From Promethearchaeum syntrophicum (GTDB lineage: Archaea; Asgardarchaeota; Lokiarchaeia; Sigyniarchaeales; Promethearchaeaceae): 32,000 nt of DNA. The position numbers and the translations under genes were made by a program. Positions 9,149 through 18,859 of this stretch are shown piece after piece. The stretch spans positions 3,960,001 through 3,992,000 of the forward strand of contig NZ_CP042905.2 of assembly GCF_008000775.2 (NCBI RefSeq), in the 5' to 3' direction. The notes under the pieces are model-generated. The model did no database searches. It was given only the letters and a program-made list of their open reading frames with translations, and had not been told where the DNA came from. How positions within the stretch are numbered: position 1 is the stretch's first letter; the number at the start of each line of letters is the position of its first letter.

Positions 9149-9622
9149 ATGGCATCACGACGAAGTTTCTTGGATGATATTGATAAAGAAATTCTAAAAC
9201 TTGTTCAACTTGACTCTGGGCGGCCATCTCTTAGTAAACTTGCTCAGAAATTAAATATATCAAAGGCCAAAGTCAATTATCGATTAAATCGATTAGAAAA
9301 TGAAGATATTATTCAAGGATATCACGCCAAGGTCAATCCTTCTAAATTAGGTAAGGATCAACAAATGATTATTCGAATTCGGGCAAAATTTGGACCTGGT
9401 TATCATAAAAAAGTCGGAGAAATGCTATCTAATATCCCCGGAGTTTTTGCAGTTTATTTTGTCTTTGGAGAAAATGATTTTGTTGTGCTTGCCAGAGCCT
9501 CCAATCGAGAAGCTATATTCGAAAAAATGCAGATATTATTCAATTCTGAGTTGATTGAAAGAACAACAACAGAAATCGTTACAAAAGCCATTAAAGAAGA
9601 TAACTGTTTTTTCGATTTCTAA
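9149..9622 (+). CDS. Lrp/AsnC family transcriptional regulator
   Basis: LDDIDKEILKLVQLDSGRPSLSKLAQKLNISKAKVNYRLNRLENEDIIQGYHAKVNPSKLG HTH, followed by a RAM-like domain. Confidence 0.88.
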   Translation: MASRRSFLDDIDKEILKLVQLDSGRPSLSKLAQKLNISKAKVNYRLNRLENEDIIQGYHAKVNPSKLGKDQQMIIRIRAKFGPGYHKKVGEMLSNIPGVFAVYFVFGENDFVVLARASNREAIFEKMQILFNSELIERTTTEIVTKAIKEDNCFFDF

Positions 9623-9625
9623 ATA

Positions 9626-10705
9626 TTAGATATTCCAAAACTCATCTGAGGTCATTTTTGTTGGTGTTTTACTGAAGGGACAAACTTGAATACAGTTTCC
9701 ACAATCTGTCGAGTATTTAACCCAAATTCCATAGCAAGCATTCGTGTCAACATACCATTTTGTAACCCCCGGATTGTTTGAAGAGCATTTGGGTATGTTA
9801 TTAGGAGTATCTTCGAAAGAAATGGCCTTAGCTTCGCAACTTTCTGCACAACGTAGGCAAGTCTTACAATAATTTGTTATTTTAGAGATAAATTCGAGAT
9901 CAGGAGAATCATCAATTAATGGCATATTGGTGAAAACTTTACAAATTCTGACTCGGGGACCATATTTTTTTGTTAATAATAACCCATTTCTCCCTTGTGC
10001 ACCCAATCCAGCATCTATTGCGAGAGGAATACTTAATCCAGTATCATTTGTTGAAGGAATAGCAATGTATCCTAAATTTCTAATGAACTGAGCTAGACTA
10101 ACTGAAAGCGAGGTCATCATTGAATACCCCAATCCTACAGAAGCAACTTCTAAAAATCCAGGAGAACAGCGAATTCCAGATGGATCCATCTCAATAATTA
10201 AGATAATAGCGTGATTCACTCCTTCGGGTAAAACATTTTCTTTCTTTTTTATTTCTCCTGATCCGATCATCTTTGCAGAATTTTTAAGGATCCAATTTTG
10301 ATTTTGATCTATTTGTGCAATACCAACTTCTGATGCACCCAGGAATTTCCCTGCGCGTTTTACATATTTTGTTAAATCTTCTTTAGCTATCTCATTAGGA
10401 AGGCGCTGAACTACTTCAACTGGAATATAATCTTTTAAGGAAGGTTTCGGGAACCATTTCTTAGCAAATGGCATGTGGGCATCAATTGTCCAAGACGCAG
10501 CATATAAAGCCAAATCAAGCCTACTAAATCCTTTTTCTCCCGAATCGACCCATTTTGTCATATTTGTCAGTAAATCTTGTTGATAAAAAGGAAAATCTTT
10601 ATCGTATAAAGCGCGCATAAAACAATTTTTTTCTTCTGGAAAACGCGAATACTCAGTTGTATCAAGATTATGAATCTCAGAGGTGGATTTTTTTGAAGTC
10701 TGCAT
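9626..10705 (-). CDS. Reductive dehalogenase-like (RdhA-like) cobalamin/Fe-S protein without a Tat signal
   Basis: DAGLGAQGRNGLLLTKKYGPRVRICKVFTNMPLIDDSP, then CKTCLRCAESCEAKAIS and WYVDTNACYGIWVKYSTDCGNCIQVCPFSK: two 4Fe-4S cluster motifs arranged as in RdhA rather than QueG. Confidence 0.75.
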   Translation of the reverse strand: MQTSKKSTSEIHNLDTTEYSRFPEEKNCFMRALYDKDFPFYQQDLLTNMTKWVDSGEKGFSRLDLALYAASWTIDAHMPFAKKWFPKPSLKDYIPVEVVQRLPNEIAKEDLTKYVKRAGKFLGASEVGIAQIDQNQNWILKNSAKMIGSGEIKKKENVLPEGVNHAIILIIEMDPSGIRCSPGFLEVASVGLGYSMMTSLSVSLAQFIRNLGYIAIPSTNDTGLSIPLAIDAGLGAQGRNGLLLTKKYGPRVRICKVFTNMPLIDDSPDLEFISKITNYCKTCLRCAESCEAKAISFEDTPNNIPKCSSNNPGVTKWYVDTNACYGIWVKYSTDCGNCIQVCPFSKTPTKMTSDEFWNI

Positions 10706-10720
10706 TGAATATTATCAATT

Positions 10721-12034
10721 TTACTTCTTTTTTGAATTGTTCTTTTTTGAGTTATTCGTTTTTTTATTATTAAGTCCTATTTCATCTATTTCCTCAAATC
10801 TATGGCCAAATTTCAAGAGATATATTATTAAAAGTACAATCCCTATAGTGGTTACAATAAAAGGAGTTATAAAATGCACAGTTCCCATAAGAAATCCCCC
10901 AATGGCTCCCGGAAACATAGCTCCAAAACCCCTAACAAAAGAAACCATCCCATAAGACTCACCTTTCCTATCTTTATCTAAATCAGTTAGAATAATACTC
11001 TCAGATGGAATAAATGATGCTACTACAATTCCAGATAAAATTTGAATTAGGATCATTGAGGGAAATAGAAATAATTTATATCCAGAAGTCCAAATTATTG
11101 ATGAAATAATATGGAGAGTAAAGATAAATATACCACCAAGTTCGCTAATGATTAGAATTTTCTTTTTTCCAAATTTATCCGTTAATTTTCCTGCGGGAAT
11201 TTGGAATATTATCATCGATACATTGAACCATATATTGAAAAATGCTAACTCTTCTAAGGTAAATCCGTATGCGCTTATTAATCCAGCGGTAAGTACAGAA
11301 TTTGAAATTTCCCAAAAGAAGATATCAAATGTAAGAAATATCATTGCTGTTTTAATTTTAGGACTTTTAATTACTTCTCTCCAACTTTTCGAATTTGAAG
11401 ATTTTTTTACAATTTTCTCATTCTGAACACTCTTCGTATCAGTTACGAAAATGATATTTTTGATCCAATTAATAATACAAATTACTAAAAATATCATGAA
11501 GTAAATATTATATTCAAACCCGGTTAAATTAACAAATACAGCACCTCCTATTGTTGAAGCAAAATAAAGAAATGCCATTTTGCTGAAAATATGACCTAAA
11601 CCTTCCTTGGATTCACCATTTGATTCAGATACTAAAATGTTATAATTTAAATTACTGGACATAAATCCCACTGAACGCAAGATAATACTAATAATTAAGA
11701 GATAAAGGTTATTTTGATTAACAAATAGTAGCAAAAATACTCCAACAAATGCAATCGGCTTAGAAAAAATCATCATTTGTTTACGATTATTTTTGTCAGA
11801 GATCCTGCCTAAAATTGGTGTAGGTAAAAACCATAAAACCGCTGCTAAAGTAGTTAGCAATCCTGTCAGAAAAAGATTATTATTAGTAACCTCATATAGA
11901 AATGGCATATAGGCAATATTGATACAACTATCCCCAAAACCGGATAATAAATTGCCTGCCATAAACGCCCAAAGATTCCTACGTTTTGCTTTTTTAATCA
12001 TTTCTGAATTTAATGGTTCTTTCATGTTTCTCAC
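10721..12034 (-). CDS. Major facilitator superfamily transporter
   Basis: About 12 hydrophobic segments; loop motifs GRISDKNNRKQMM and GKLTDKFGKKKILI after TM2 and TM8. Confidence 0.88.
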   Translation of the reverse strand: MRNMKEPLNSEMIKKAKRRNLWAFMAGNLLSGFGDSCINIAYMPFLYEVTNNNLFLTGLLTTLAAVLWFLPTPILGRISDKNNRKQMMIFSKPIAFVGVFLLLFVNQNNLYLLIISIILRSVGFMSSNLNYNILVSESNGESKEGLGHIFSKMAFLYFASTIGGAVFVNLTGFEYNIYFMIFLVICIINWIKNIIFVTDTKSVQNEKIVKKSSNSKSWREVIKSPKIKTAMIFLTFDIFFWEISNSVLTAGLISAYGFTLEELAFFNIWFNVSMIIFQIPAGKLTDKFGKKKILIISELGGIFIFTLHIISSIIWTSGYKLFLFPSMILIQILSGIVVASFIPSESIILTDLDKDRKGESYGMVSFVRGFGAMFPGAIGGFLMGTVHFITPFIVTTIGIVLLIIYLLKFGHRFEEIDEIGLNNKKTNNSKKNNSKKK

Positions 12035-12690
12035 TTATTCACTGCATATTAGATAATCATGTTAAATGCTGATTACCACGATTATCGGGTTTATTGGATT
12101 TTTGAATTCTTTCTTCTTTTTTTTTTATTTACTTAATAATTTTTCTTCTATATACTTCAGAAGAATTATTGTTTTAGAACACCAATCCACAGTAATAAGA
12201 GAAAATTTACCTTTAAACTTTATGATCTACTATTTCCAGAACCAAATTTGATTTATCCTAATATCCATTACCCCAATCACTCACAAATTATATTTATTGG
12301 CAAATTTTTTTTTAATTTGGAATTTATTATTTTTTTTTTGCATTTTTTCATCTCTAATCTTAATATTCTGCTCATTTTTACCAGATTTTGCTAATTCTAA
12401 TAGGAAATGTGCATTTACAAGGAGAAAATTCTACAGTTTCGGGATAAACAGATAGTGACTATATGATTAACTAGAGAAAATGATCCTAAATATCACAGAT
12501 CTAACATAGGTCCAACTAAGTTCCTAAAGACTCGTATATAGCCACTCATATCTATCCCTAAATATCTTAACAAAACTGGATATAAAAACTTAATTGGGAA
12601 ATTTACTAAATATTTTGAAATAGCTATTTTCTAGCTAATCAAAGAATTTAAGTTTTTAAGACCTTGAATAAAAATAATAGTGCGTTCGAA

Positions 12691-14646
12691 ATGAGAAAGA
12701 TTCATCTGATAGAGGGTTATTCAAAAATCGCTGCAGGAGAGGTAATAGAACGACCTGCATCTGTAGTTAAAGAATTGTTAGAAAATGCTTTGGATGCAGA
12801 AGCAGACCAGATTTTTATAACCATTGAAAATGCGGGAAAAAATCTAATTCAAATTCAAGATAACGGTAAGGGAATTAATGAAGATGATATGGAAATTGCT
12901 TTTCAAAGCCATACATCCTCAAAAATCAAATCTGCGGATGAATTGGATAACTTGCATACATTAGGGTTTAGAGGCGAAGCACTGGCAAGCATTGCTGCAA
13001 TTTCTCAAATTGAAATTATCAGTCATCCTGCACATCAAGATTATGGAAAAAAATTAGAGATTTTTGAGGGAAAAATAAAAAATAATGAGCAATGTGGAGC
13101 ACCTGTTGGCACAACTATAAAAGTCGCAAATTTATTCTTTAATTTACCTGTTAGAAAGAAATTTATGCGGAGTAATAGAGTAGAACTTGGACATATTACA
13201 GATGTATTAACAAGATACTCACTTGCGTACCCCAAAGTTCATTTCAAACTCATTCATAATTCTATTGTCATAATTAACTCCCCAGCTTGGTCAGATCAAA
13301 ATAATGTTGAAGGAAAGAACAATCTTGATCCATATAAATATGCAATTCAAACAATTTATGGAAAAAACGTATCAAGTAATTTAATTCCTATTCATTTTAA
13401 TGATGGAAATATTAAGTTGAACGGATTTATAGGAAGTCCAGAGATATCTAGATCAGATAAAAGCGCGGCTTCTTTATTTGTAAATAAAAGATTAGTAACA
13501 AATAATAAAATTAGCCAATTAATCATAAATTCTTATAAGGATTATTTAATGCGAAACCGGTTTCCTTTTTATATTATATATATCGATGTTCCACCAAATA
13601 AAGTAGATTTTAATATCCATCCCTCAAAGAAAACAGTGAAATTTGAAGACGAATCGAAATTCTTTGTTGATTTACAGATAATAATTAATGATTTAATTAT
13701 AGGGGGATTTAAACAATATCATACCAAAATGAACGAAGAAGGTAAACAAAAATCAAATAAAGATGAAACAATTATAGACTATTGGACACTATCTAATCCA
13801 AAAATTATCAAACCAGATTTATCACCTACTCCTCCATTAATAATGAATTCAACTAAATCAATAAAATCCGCAAGAAGTCAATATTCCCAAGATAAAAAAA
13901 CTCATAAAACAACACAATCTCATTTCAAAATTGGTGATAATACATCAAAACCATTTAAACCATCATTAAATTCTGTAAAAGATAAAAAAAATTCCTTAAT
14001 TTCTTCACAATCTAAGTCTTCAACTATTAAACCCAAGATCAATGTTACTCAATTACCCCCGCTAAATATCTTAAATAGTGGAATTCAAGCAGGAAAAAAC
14101 TATTTAATCTTTCAAAATGATGAAGAACTGGTTCTCATTGACCAACATGCTGCTCATGAAAGAATCAACTATGAAAAAGTTCAAGAAATTTATAATAGCA
14201 AAACAATTCCCATTCAAACTCTGTTAGTACCTCTAAAAATGGAAGTTTCTCCGAATGAAACTGAATTTATTAAAGAAGCAATTCCTGAAATGAAAACATA
14301 CGGTTTTGAAATAGAACACTTTGGAAGAAATACATTTATAATTAGAACAATCCCAGTCTTCATTAACATGCAAAGTAATGAGGCATTGATAAAAGATATG
14401 TGCATGGAAATTTTAAATCTTGGAAAAGAACACAGCTTTTCAGAAAAAAGACGAGAAATCCTCCAGTTCATGGGATGTCATAAGAGCATTACAGCTGGAG
14501 ATGAGATCTGGAGTGAAGAAAAAATTCGAAATCTTATCCAACAACTAGACTCATGCGAAAATCCTCATGCTTGTGCACATGGTCGTCCCGTTTATATAAA
14601 AATTCCTTTTAAAGAATTAGATAAATGGTTCCACAGAACAACCTAA
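12691..14646 (+). CDS. mutL: DNA mismatch repair protein MutL (endonuclease-motif type)
   Basis: MRKIHLIEGYSKIAAGEVIERPASVVKELLENALDAEA, DNGKGI, LGFRGEALASIAAISQ, FVNKRLV, C-terminal DQHAAHERINYE (DQHAX2EX4E), GCHKSITAGDEI and CAHGRPVYI. ATG at 12691 is preferred over the listed TTG at 12664 because homology begins at MRKIHLI. Confidence 0.95.
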   Translation: MRKIHLIEGYSKIAAGEVIERPASVVKELLENALDAEADQIFITIENAGKNLIQIQDNGKGINEDDMEIAFQSHTSSKIKSADELDNLHTLGFRGEALASIAAISQIEIISHPAHQDYGKKLEIFEGKIKNNEQCGAPVGTTIKVANLFFNLPVRKKFMRSNRVELGHITDVLTRYSLAYPKVHFKLIHNSIVIINSPAWSDQNNVEGKNNLDPYKYAIQTIYGKNVSSNLIPIHFNDGNIKLNGFIGSPEISRSDKSAASLFVNKRLVTNNKISQLIINSYKDYLMRNRFPFYIIYIDVPPNKVDFNIHPSKKTVKFEDESKFFVDLQIIINDLIIGGFKQYHTKMNEEGKQKSNKDETIIDYWTLSNPKIIKPDLSPTPPLIMNSTKSIKSARSQYSQDKKTHKTTQSHFKIGDNTSKPFKPSLNSVKDKKNSLISSQSKSSTIKPKINVTQLPPLNILNSGIQAGKNYLIFQNDEELVLIDQHAAHERINYEKVQEIYNSKTIPIQTLLVPLKMEVSPNETEFIKEAIPEMKTYGFEIEHFGRNTFIIRTIPVFINMQSNEALIKDMCMEILNLGKEHSFSEKRREILQFMGCHKSITAGDEIWSEEKIRNLIQQLDSCENPHACAHGRPVYIKIPFKELDKWFHRTT

Positions 14647-14688
14647 GCACACAGAAATAATGTTAGTAAAAAAAATATTTTAAAAATT

Positions 14689-14994
14689 TTATGAAATAAT
14701 AGAAACCATTGAACATTCGGCGCGTTGTACTTCTTCAAGACCCATCAAAGCATCTTCCAACGGTTGAGTGCCACCGTCTCGTTCTTTTAGAATAATTCGA
14801 GCAATTATTTTCTTTGCACCAAACGCAATGTCTTGAACACGGTAAGTTTCTACAATACCATCAGCTTTTTCAACTGTAGGTTTGATGATTTTTTCCATTA
14901 ATTCATCTAAACCTTCCATATCATCGGGAATAATTTCAAAAACACCCAATAGTGTCTTAGGTCCTTTCTTTTTCTTCGGTTTATTTTCTGTCAT
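14689..14994 (-). CDS. Archaeal elongation factor 1-beta (aEF-1B)
   Basis: EIIPDDMEGLDELMEKI...VETYRVQDIAFGAKKIIARIILKERDGGTQPLEDALMGLEEVQRAECSMV matches archaeal EF-1beta, including IAFGxK and EDALMGLEEVQ. Confidence 0.85.
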   Translation of the reverse strand: MTENKPKKKKGPKTLLGVFEIIPDDMEGLDELMEKIIKPTVEKADGIVETYRVQDIAFGAKKIIARIILKERDGGTQPLEDALMGLEEVQRAECSMVSIIS

Positions 14995-15014
14995 TTTAAC
15001 TATCTCCTTTGTTT

Positions 15015-15179
15015 TTACGGTCCTTCAAAATTACACTTTGGACAGTGATACGCTCTTGCGAACCGCCTGCACGCTTCGCAGCGCCATAATAAAACGTCTC
15101 CGCAACTCGGACAAGGAAAATGCACCGCATCCTCATAAGGAGCGATTAGATTTCCGCAACTAGTACATTTCTCAGGCAT
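15015..15179 (-). CDS. Small archaeal Zn-ribbon protein (HVO_2753-like, often linked to aEF-1beta); absent from the ORF track
   Basis: My translation from ATG (complement of 15177..15179): MPEKCTSCGNLIAPYEDAVHFPCPSCGDVLLWRCEACRRFARAYHCPKCNFEGP*. Four CxxC motifs; 20 bp upstream of the aEF-1beta gene on the same strand. Confidence 0.85.
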   Translation of the reverse strand: MPEKCTSCGNLIAPYEDAVHFPCPSCGDVLLWRCEACRRFARAYHCPKCNFEGP

Positions 15180-15381
15180 TTTTATCTATCTCTATTTTTA
15201 TGATTTAATAACTGATAAAACATTTTTCGGTCATCAAATCACTAATTGAATGAGTAGAATTTTTTATATTAAATAATTTTTTCGTTTTTTTCTTCAGAAG
15301 GAAAATTATTAACCAGAATACCACCGATTGCTTCAATTTTAAAAATCGGGGAAAAATAGGTATAAAAATTTTTAATCGAAG

Positions 15382-15891
15382 TTATAATTCTCTAGATTTC
15401 TTATTTTCTAGGCGTTTCTGCAATTGGGATTCTAAACTTGATCTTAAATTATTATCATAAAAAGCAATTAATTCTTGAGTGGCTGCTTGTCGATAAGAGG
15501 TAGAAATAAGATTTTGCTTTCGATCTATGAAATCATCTAAGATCCTAAACTGAGAGTCAATTTCATCTTTAGGTTGAAAATCTGATTCAAAATTTCTAAT
15601 TATGGATGCTAATAAGGAGAGTAAATCATATGCAAATTTAATTAATGCTTTCATAGCAATTTTCGCGTTTTTATTCGTGAAATAATCGATCTTAGCATAA
15701 GCCTTTAGCGATAAATTTAATTCTTTCGAGTATTCACCCGTTTTTTGAATAAATTCTAAGATAAAATCTTTGGAAAAATCAGGATATTCTTCATAAAATT
15801 CGAAAGTTAGAGAATGAAATTTCAATTCAATTGCATGTAGCTTTGGTAAAGGATCTCGCATTAGTAAATAACTCAATAAAAATAAAATCAC
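15382..15891 (-). CDS. Hypothetical protein
   Basis: 169-aa helical ORF, no family recognised. A start at the internal Met of MRDPLPK is possible. Confidence 0.5.
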   Translation of the reverse strand: MILFLLSYLLMRDPLPKLHAIELKFHSLTFEFYEEYPDFSKDFILEFIQKTGEYSKELNLSLKAYAKIDYFTNKNAKIAMKALIKFAYDLLSLLASIIRNFESDFQPKDEIDSQFRILDDFIDRKQNLISTSYRQAATQELIAFYDNNLRSSLESQLQKRLENKKSREL

Positions 15892-15928
15892 TCGAACTTA
15901 TAAAAAATGTGGAAAATAATTGCTTTAT

Positions 15929-16933
15929 TCAATTTAAGGGAGTCCCACAATTCGAACAATATTTAGAATTTGGATCGATCTGTTTTGTCCCACAAATATG
16001 ACAGAATTTACCCAAGTTTTCAGTGTTTCCTGCACTAATTCCAGATATATTTTGCGGGGAATTATGGTTAAATTGACCCATTTGATCTTGGGAGGAAAAA
16101 TTCTGAGATGTATCTTGAGATGAATATATATCGGGAGATTTGTAAAATTGTGCAGTTCTTGAATATGAAACAAACCCTTTTCCTGCTTTAAACAATCCAA
16201 CAAGAGTGAAAATTACAGCCATAAAACCCAACAGCCCCACCAAAGGGGCATCTGGAATTAGGTTCAAAAACCCAACGATTAAATTTATGATTGAGCCCCA
16301 AAAAAGGAAATTTATTCCATGATCAACATTAATACTATTTGGATTCTCAAAATTGGAAAGTCTTAATTTATTTCCAAATTGTTTAAAGGAAATATATCCA
16401 TATAAAATAAGTCCTAACGGGATCAAAATAAATAACTGAATTATAAAATTTGTTGCCGTTGCTTCAATGAGGATTTGATTAAGTTCTGTTTCAGTTACAT
16501 TACTAAAAGATGATAAAGCAATTTGCACTCTAGATAAAGCCTGATAGGATATAATTGAAGCAACTATATCAACTATAATCTGAGTTAAGAGACCAATTAA
16601 TAATATCAAAAACGTTTTATTAAGGATTTCTGAATTTTCGTTATATATTTTACTGAGATTAAATATTTCTTTAATGAAATTTCCGAAAAAAGTATAAATA
16701 ATTATAGATAGAACACCTGTATATAAAACAATATTTTTACTCGTTTCAATGAAATCATATAAAGCTTGCTCTGGATTAGTAGTAGTTGCTAAACTAAGCA
16801 AAACCATAGCTAAATATATACCCATCATAAATGAAATTAATTGAACAATAATTATTCCAAAAGCATACATTTTCATAGATTTACCTAATTTTTGAAAATT
16901 GTAATTTGATTCATCAATTGCCATTTTACTCAT
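15929..16933 (-). CDS. Multi-pass membrane protein with a C-terminal zinc ribbon
   Basis: Several hydrophobic segments, a Ser/Gln-rich linker, then FCHICGTKQIDPNSKYCSNCGTPLN. Confidence 0.75.
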   Translation of the reverse strand: MSKMAIDESNYNFQKLGKSMKMYAFGIIIVQLISFMMGIYLAMVLLSLATTTNPEQALYDFIETSKNIVLYTGVLSIIIYTFFGNFIKEIFNLSKIYNENSEILNKTFLILLIGLLTQIIVDIVASIISYQALSRVQIALSSFSNVTETELNQILIEATATNFIIQLFILIPLGLILYGYISFKQFGNKLRLSNFENPNSINVDHGINFLFWGSIINLIVGFLNLIPDAPLVGLLGFMAVIFTLVGLFKAGKGFVSYSRTAQFYKSPDIYSSQDTSQNFSSQDQMGQFNHNSPQNISGISAGNTENLGKFCHICGTKQIDPNSKYCSNCGTPLN

Positions 16934-16989
16934 TTTAATAAAAAAAAACTGAGTTATAAAATTTCATATTATTAAAAGGAAAAAAAAAA

Positions 16990-18717
16990 TTACTTATTGA
17001 AAGGATATTTGCCTGCAGCTTTTAATTTGGCAAGTTCTTCCTCTTCCAATTTATTGAATGCGACTTTTCCTACAAGTGTTAATGGTAATTCGTCTCTAAA
17101 TTCTAGTTCCCGTGGACTTTCCCATTTAAGAAGTTTGGTTAAACAATGTTTCTTAATAATTCCAACCATTTCTTCATTTTTCTTCGTTTTATCCTTCAAA
17201 ATGATAAAACCTTTAATCCTAGTTATTTGTTTTTCATCAGGAATTCCAATAACGCATACATCCTCAACCTCTGGATGATCTCGGATTATTTCTTCAATAT
17301 GTTTTGGATATGCGTTTATTCCAGAAACTTTAAGCATTCTTTTTTGACGGAGTTTAAAATAAAAGAAACCGTCCTCATCCATACTTGCAATATCTCCGGT
17401 ATGTAGCCAAATTCTTCCATCTTCATGCTTCTTCAGTACTTTAGCGGTTGCTTCGGGATTATCAAGATAACCTATCATTACATCGGGACCTGCAACGCAA
17501 AGTTCTCCTTCTTCATTTACTGGAGATTCCTCTTTTGTATCGATTTTTACAACTTTAGCCAGCATATCAGGGAATGGAACGCCTATACTTCCTTCGCGAT
17601 ATTCTGTAATCGGAGTTGCCATCATTGCTGTTACTGCTTCGGTTAATCCATATCCCTCTAATAATTTAATATTTCCCCCGCCATTTTTTACAGTTTCTTC
17701 AAATTTCTCTTTGACACTTCTTGGAAGAGTATCAGCTCCTGAGAAAGTTGCTTTTAAACACGATAAATCCGCTTTCTTAAAAGTGGGGTTATCCGAGAGA
17801 GCAGCAAAAAGAGTTGGAACACCAACTAAAAATGTGGGTTTTTTTTTATTTACTAAATTTGCAACCGTTTCTGGGGTGAAGGTTGGAACTAATATACTTG
17901 TAGCCCCCCCCATGAATGCTCCGTTAACACATACACCCAATCCAAATCCATGAAAAATCGGTAAAATTGCTAAAATTTTATCATTCTCATCTAAATCTCC
18001 CCAAATAGCACATTGCTTACCTTCTGCAATCATATTTTGATTTGAAAGCATAATCCCTTTAGGAACGCCTGTTGTCCCTCCAGAATATAATATAATTGCA
18101 AGATCATTTGTTGATTGCTCAGATTTTTGAGATTTTGGATAGGATGTTTTCATCATATTATGATACCAAATCACTCGATCATCTACTGGAATTTTTGGGA
18201 TTTTCCTGCCCTTAGTTAGCCAAAATCCGAATTTCATGACAGCTCCTAAGTAATCAGGTATTGTGCATAACATTATTTTTTCTACACTAGTATCCCCAGA
18301 CGATAATGCTTCAGCAACTGGTTTATAAAATGCATTTAACGTAAGAACATATTTGCTTTTAGAAATATTTAAGAACATTTTAATCTGCTCAGGAGGACTT
18401 AAAGGATGAATCATTGAAGCAACACCCCCCAATTTATTTATTGCGTATATTGGAATTATTCCATTTGGAGCAGTGGGCATAGAAATAGTCATTACATCCC
18501 CTTTTTTAAACCCAATCGCAGCTAATGCATCAGCAAATTGATCAATTTCTTTTATAAAATTTTTATATGTCGAAGTTGTTCCCATGAAATCCCAAGCGAT
18601 ATTTTCAGGGTATTTTTCCGCAGTTTGTAATAAGGCTTCATATAGCGTGACCTTTGGATAATCGATTGATTTTGGGTAATCTCCATAAAATTTCAACCAA
18701 TTCATTTGTTCGTACAT
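16990..18717 (-). CDS. AMP-dependent acyl-CoA synthetase/ligase (ANL superfamily)
   Basis: LAIILYSGGTTGVPKGIMLSN, LLEGYGLTEAV, GRIWLHTGDIASMDEDGFFYFKLRQKRMLKVSGINAYPKHIEEII. Confidence 0.93.
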   Translation of the reverse strand: MYEQMNWLKFYGDYPKSIDYPKVTLYEALLQTAEKYPENIAWDFMGTTSTYKNFIKEIDQFADALAAIGFKKGDVMTISMPTAPNGIIPIYAINKLGGVASMIHPLSPPEQIKMFLNISKSKYVLTLNAFYKPVAEALSSGDTSVEKIMLCTIPDYLGAVMKFGFWLTKGRKIPKIPVDDRVIWYHNMMKTSYPKSQKSEQSTNDLAIILYSGGTTGVPKGIMLSNQNMIAEGKQCAIWGDLDENDKILAILPIFHGFGLGVCVNGAFMGGATSILVPTFTPETVANLVNKKKPTFLVGVPTLFAALSDNPTFKKADLSCLKATFSGADTLPRSVKEKFEETVKNGGGNIKLLEGYGLTEAVTAMMATPITEYREGSIGVPFPDMLAKVVKIDTKEESPVNEEGELCVAGPDVMIGYLDNPEATAKVLKKHEDGRIWLHTGDIASMDEDGFFYFKLRQKRMLKVSGINAYPKHIEEIIRDHPEVEDVCVIGIPDEKQITRIKGFIILKDKTKKNEEMVGIIKKHCLTKLLKWESPRELEFRDELPLTLVGKVAFNKLEEEELAKLKAAGKYPFNK

Positions 18718-18859
18718 GATTTTTCAGTTCTTATTTTTTTGGAAAGATGGTCAAGAAAACTTTCCTTATCTTAGATATTTGTTTATTTAATTAAATCCTT
18801 TTTTGTAACATGAAGATCATATTCTAACATTTAAGGCAAAAATTCTTCTAAATATACCG

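Noticed and set aside
9626-10705. Epoxyqueuosine reductase (QueG) assignment
   Set aside because: It shares the GLG and double-cluster layout, but the GRNGLLL...GPRVRICKVFTNMPL and WYVDxxxCYxxW...TDCGNC strings fit RdhA better, and the C-terminal HEAT-like region of QueG is absent.
10683-11426. Two plus-strand ORFs (10683..10955 and 11148..11426)
   Set aside because: Antisense to the MFS transporter gene and the end of the RdhA-like gene; FFFFELFF and IIIRI runs reflect reverse-complemented Lys/Asn/Ile coding sequence.
12066-12251. 61-aa plus-strand ORF MLITTIIGFIGFLNSFFFFFYLLNNF...
   Set aside because: Short, very low complexity over a T-rich tract; no independent support for coding.
14882-15163. 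93-aa plus-strand ORF
   Set aside because: Antisense to both aEF-1beta and the four-CxxC Zn-ribbon gene, each with clear family-like sequence on the minus strand.
16997-17953. Four plus-strand ORFs across the acyl-CoA synthetase
   Set aside because: All antisense to an uninterrupted ANL-superfamily enzyme with intact motifs.
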